This document shows positions 61,150 through 64,000 of a DNA stretch of 64,000 nt, piece after piece. The notes beneath the pieces are model-generated. The model had not been told where the DNA came from, ran no database searches, and worked only from the letters and a program-made list of their open reading frames with translations. Source of the stretch: Candidatus Dormiibacterota bacterium (GTDB lineage: Bacteria; Chloroflexota; Dormibacteria; Aeolococcales; Bog-877); NCBI GenBank assembly GCA_035534915.1, contig DATLQZ010000067.1, forward strand, positions 34,264-98,263, given 5' to 3'. Each line of letters opens with the position of its first letter. Position 1 is the stretch's first letter. A program made the position numbers and the translations under genes.

Positions 61150-61361
61150 AGAAAGCTGACATCGGTCAGGAAGTAGAACCCGCCGGGTGCCCCGCCGTGA
61201 TGGGGGCAGGGTGTGTTAGCACCCGCAGAGGCTGACGTCGTGAGGCGCCAGCGGAAAGAGGTGGTACCGCGGGGTCGGAGCTCTCGGGCTCGGCAACGCC
61301 CTCTTGGTCGACCGTTTCAGGTCGTCCAGAGCGGGCGAGGCCGAATGGCCAGGAGGCGACG
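61150..61361 (+). promoter_or_regulatory. candidate T-box riboswitch (translational, SD-sequestering type)
   Basis: GGUGGUACCGCGG (61260-61272) is a 13/13 match to the T-box core. The canonical antiterminator layout is present: A1 5' strand AAGAGG, 7-nt bulge UGGUACC, A2 GCG...CGC, A1 3' strand CCUCUU. The CCUCUU is complementary (with one G-U wobble pair) to the downstream SD AGGAGG at about 61349. Confidence 0.55.
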
Positions 61362-62516
61362 ATGCCACGAAGGAACCCCAACCAGCTGCGGCTGCTGGAC
61401 ACCACTCTGCGCGAGGGCGAACAGTTCGCGGACGCGCGTTTCTCATCCGCTGACCGGATCCGGCTGGCGTTGGCGCTCGACGCCCTTGGCGTGGACGAAC
61501 TGGAGGTCCCCTCGCCGGCTGTGTCCCCCAACGCCGCAGCCCAGCTGCGCGACATCATCCAACTCGAACTTTCAGCCGACGTACGCGCGCACGTTCGTTG
61601 CCGCCCCGCCGACATTCAACTCGCTCTGAGAGCTGGCGCCCAGGGACTGAATCTATTCCTGGGGACCTCACCCGCTCTGGTGCGGTACAGCCTGCGCCGT
61701 ACCTGGAGCGAACAGGCGGCGCAGATCCGCGAGTCCGTGGCTCTGGCGGTGTCGTCTGGCGCCTTCGTCCGCTTCAGCGCCGAGGACGCTTTTCGCACCT
61801 CGCGCGCTCGCCTATTCGCGGCATTTGACGTGGCGTTGGAGTCGGGCGCCCGCCGCCTGGGGATCCCCGACACGGTCGGAACCGCGACTCCGGACGCGGT
61901 CGGTTCCACAGTTCGCGCCCTCTGCCGACGGTATCCCGGGGTGAGCCTGGAGTTCCACGGCCACAACGACACCGGCTGTTCGGTTGCGAACTCGCTGGCT
62001 GCCTGGCAGGCGGGGGCCGACTGTCTCGATGTGACCGTGCTGGGGATCGGGGAACGCGTGGGAATCACGTCGCTCGGCGGTCTGCTGGCGCGTCTCTACA
62101 CGGTAGCTCCGGACGCCGTCAGTCGCTACCGGTTCGACCTCCTTCCCGCTCTCGACGCCCAGGTGGCTGCCCTGACCGGCATGACCGTTCCATTCAATCA
62201 GCCTCTGACGTCCGCGCACGCCTTTACCCATGTGGCTGGAATCCATACGAACGCGGTGCTGCGGTCTCCCGGTACCTACGAGGTGATCGATCCGGCGACG
62301 GTCGGGCGATCACGGGTCATCGCGGTGGGGTCGAGGCTCACCGGTCGGCACGCGGTGGCCAATTACTTGGAATCTCTGCTGGGTCGGCCCCCGGACGGTA
62401 GAGAGGTCGTAGCCGCCACCAGCGCTCTGAAGGATTGCGCCGAAGATCGCCGCTTGGACCGCGACGTGAGCGCGGCAGTCGTGACGGCAGCTCTCCAGGC
62501 CCTGGGGCGGAGCTAG
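61362..62516 (+). CDS. homocitrate/2-isopropylmalate/citramalate synthase-family protein, short form with no regulatory domain
   Basis: LLDTTLREGEQ and EFHGHNDTGCSVANSL motifs. 384 aa. Confidence 0.8.
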   Translation: MPRRNPNQLRLLDTTLREGEQFADARFSSADRIRLALALDALGVDELEVPSPAVSPNAAAQLRDIIQLELSADVRAHVRCRPADIQLALRAGAQGLNLFLGTSPALVRYSLRRTWSEQAAQIRESVALAVSSGAFVRFSAEDAFRTSRARLFAAFDVALESGARRLGIPDTVGTATPDAVGSTVRALCRRYPGVSLEFHGHNDTGCSVANSLAAWQAGADCLDVTVLGIGERVGITSLGGLLARLYTVAPDAVSRYRFDLLPALDAQVAALTGMTVPFNQPLTSAHAFTHVAGIHTNAVLRSPGTYEVIDPATVGRSRVIAVGSRLTGRHAVANYLESLLGRPPDGREVVAATSALKDCAEDRRLDRDVSAAVVTAALQALGRS

Positions 62517-62518
62517 AG

Positions 62519-63754
62519 ATGGGAACGCTAGCTGAGGAGGTCATTGGCGCTCGCCTGGGACGACCGGTGAAAGCGGGTGAGACGGTGGTGGTGCCCGTGG
62601 ACCTGGTGATGAGCCATGACACAACCACTCCATTGGTAGCTGATGCCTTGGCCGCGCTGGGAAGACAGGTCAGGCACCCAGATCGGGCGGTGGTGGTGTT
62701 CGACCACATCAGTCCTGCGGCCACCATCGCTGCTGCCCAACAGCATCAGAAAGGCAGAGCATTTGTGGAGGAGCATCGAATCGCCCGGCTGCTCACTGAC
62801 GGGATCAGCCACCAGGTTCTCCCCGAGCACGGCCTGGTGGCGCCTGGCGACATTGTCGTCGGAGCCGACAGTCACACCGTGACCATGGGGGCGTTCGGCG
62901 CCTTCGCGACCGGTATGGGGTCCACCGACGTCGCAGTTGCGTACGCAACCGGGGAGACCTGGCTGCGGGTGCCCGAGACGATTGAGGTACGGCTGGAGGG
63001 ACAGTTCACCCCGTGGGTCTGCGCCAAGGATCTGATCCTGGAAGTGGTGCGGAGGATCGGCAGCGACGGGGCGCGGTACCAGTCGGTGGAGTACACCGGC
63101 TCTGCCCTCCCTGAGCTGCAAATTGGCGACCGAATGACGCTCTGCAACATGGCGGTGGAGATGGGCGCTAAGGCCGGGATTGTGGCGGCCGACCAGCTCA
63201 CTGTGGCTTGGCTTCAAGGTCGGCTTGATCGGCCGTTGCGCTTGCTGCAGGCCCAGGACCCCAGCTACCGGCGCACGGAGGTGGTCCAGCTGGACAGCTT
63301 GGAGCCCATGGTCGTCGCGCCGCCGACGGTCGACGCCGGGCGGCCGGTGAGAGAGCTGGCCGGGCTCTCAGTTGACCAGGTTTTCATCGGGACATGTACC
63401 AACGGGCGACTAGCGGATTTCGCCACGGCGGCCGCACTCCTCCACGGTCATCAGGTGGCCGTCCGGACCATTGCGGTGCCCGCCTCCCGGGAGGTTTACC
63501 TGGCCGCGCTCAGGCTGGGCTACATCGAGAGCCTGGTCGGCGCCGGCGTCGCGGTGGAGAGCCCGGGTTGTGGCCCGTGTCTGGGCCGTCACAAGGGGGT
63601 CCTCGGGCCCGGCGAGCGGGCGGTCACAACCATGAGTCGAAACTTTCGAGGACGGATGGGTGATCCGACCAGTGAGATCTATCTGGTCAGTCCGGCCACT
63701 GCGGCGGCGACCGCCATGCGCGGGCGCATCACTGACCCCAGGGAGCTCTCCTGA
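62519..63754 (+). CDS. homoaconitase/3-isopropylmalate dehydratase large subunit, archaeal-type short LeuC/HACN
   Basis: Aconitase family (VMSHDTT, GADSHT, CTNGRL, CGPCLG). About 410 aa. Confidence 0.85.
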   Translation: MGTLAEEVIGARLGRPVKAGETVVVPVDLVMSHDTTTPLVADALAALGRQVRHPDRAVVVFDHISPAATIAAAQQHQKGRAFVEEHRIARLLTDGISHQVLPEHGLVAPGDIVVGADSHTVTMGAFGAFATGMGSTDVAVAYATGETWLRVPETIEVRLEGQFTPWVCAKDLILEVVRRIGSDGARYQSVEYTGSALPELQIGDRMTLCNMAVEMGAKAGIVAADQLTVAWLQGRLDRPLRLLQAQDPSYRRTEVVQLDSLEPMVVAPPTVDAGRPVRELAGLSVDQVFIGTCTNGRLADFATAAALLHGHQVAVRTIAVPASREVYLAALRLGYIESLVGAGVAVESPGCGPCLGRHKGVLGPGERAVTTMSRNFRGRMGDPTSEIYLVSPATAAATAMRGRITDPRELS

Positions 63755-64000
63755 TGGCCCGGGCGTGGCGGTTCGGAGACTCGGTGAACACCGACCAGAT
63801 AATCCCAGGCCGCTTCAATGTCACGACGGACCGGTCTGAACTCGGGCGCGCCTGCTTTGTGGAACTCCGGCCCGAGTTCGCCGGGTCGGTGCAACCGGGA
63901 GACGTGATAGTGGCCGGCTCTGACTTCGGCTGCGGGAGTTCCCGCGAGCACGCTGTCCTAGCCATCCAAGCCACTGGGGTGGCGGCTGTCCTTGCCCCCA
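63754..64000 (+). CDS. homoaconitase/3-isopropylmalate dehydratase small subunit (LeuD-like), 5' part only; runs off the right edge
   Basis: MARAWRFGDSVNTDQIIPGRF...GSDFGCGSSREHA. The start overlaps the upstream stop (TGATGG). Confidence 0.8.
   Translation, partial: MARAWRFGDSVNTDQIIPGRFNVTTDRSELGRACFVELRPEFAGSVQPGDVIVAGSDFGCGSSREHAVLAIQATGVAAVLAP

Noticed and set aside
1-64000. CRISPR arrays or tRNA/rRNA genes
   Set aside because: No regularly spaced direct repeats, and no tRNA-like cloverleaf segments were recognised by eye in the intergenic regions.

Overview
This is a high-GC (roughly 68-70%) chromosomal segment from a Gram-positive-like bacterium. F420-dependent enzymes, a mycothiol-type isomerase and leaderless genes point to Actinomycetota or possibly Chloroflexota. 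Most of the window is core metabolism. From the left there is a J-domain gene (partial), ccdA and metG, then a GT4 glycosyltransferase, an NfuA-like gene, an ATP-grasp gene, gltA and an orphan ArdC-like gene. A DosS/DosR-like hypoxia-type locus follows: a GAF-GAF kinase, a LuxR-type regulator, a second sensor-less kinase, DoxX, Usp, membrane proteins and an MFS transporter. Next is a beta-oxidation-like cluster (thiolase, LLM, MaoC, two SDRs, an adjacent ACAD pair, FadD, a PucR regulator) and a DEAD-box helicase with a long leader. A complete ilvBNC-leuA-like-leuB-cimA/leuA-like-leuCD operon lies on the minus strand, with a candidate leader-peptide attenuator upstream. The only clearly accessory region spans about 38.9-45.7 kb. 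It is a decayed, IS-rich island (IS607-family tnpA/tnpB pseudogenes, an IS21 istA fragment, an IS1-family frameshifted transposase) bounded by about 65-bp inverted repeats. It carries a low-GC orphan membrane-anchored gene and a translationally coupled CHAD-domain protein plus orphan ParA ATPase operon. After the island come ilvD, ppc, pheA and a his operon (hisG-hisD/C fusion-hisB-hisH-hisF-hisIE), which is led by a TrpR/YerC-like gene and has divergent hisA and a PHP histidinol phosphatase. The window ends with an ArgD-like aminotransferase and a second, archaeal or alpha-aminoadipate-type homocitrate/isopropylmalate synthase plus LeuC/LeuD-like cluster. That cluster is preceded by a sequence that fits a canonical T-box antiterminator with the bulge sequence UGGUACC and an anti-SD. 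The best candidates for undescribed biology are the CHAD-ParA module, the orphan island gene, the T-box-controlled second synthase cluster and the ilvB leader. All calls rest on reading the translations and the DNA by eye; no database searches were run.
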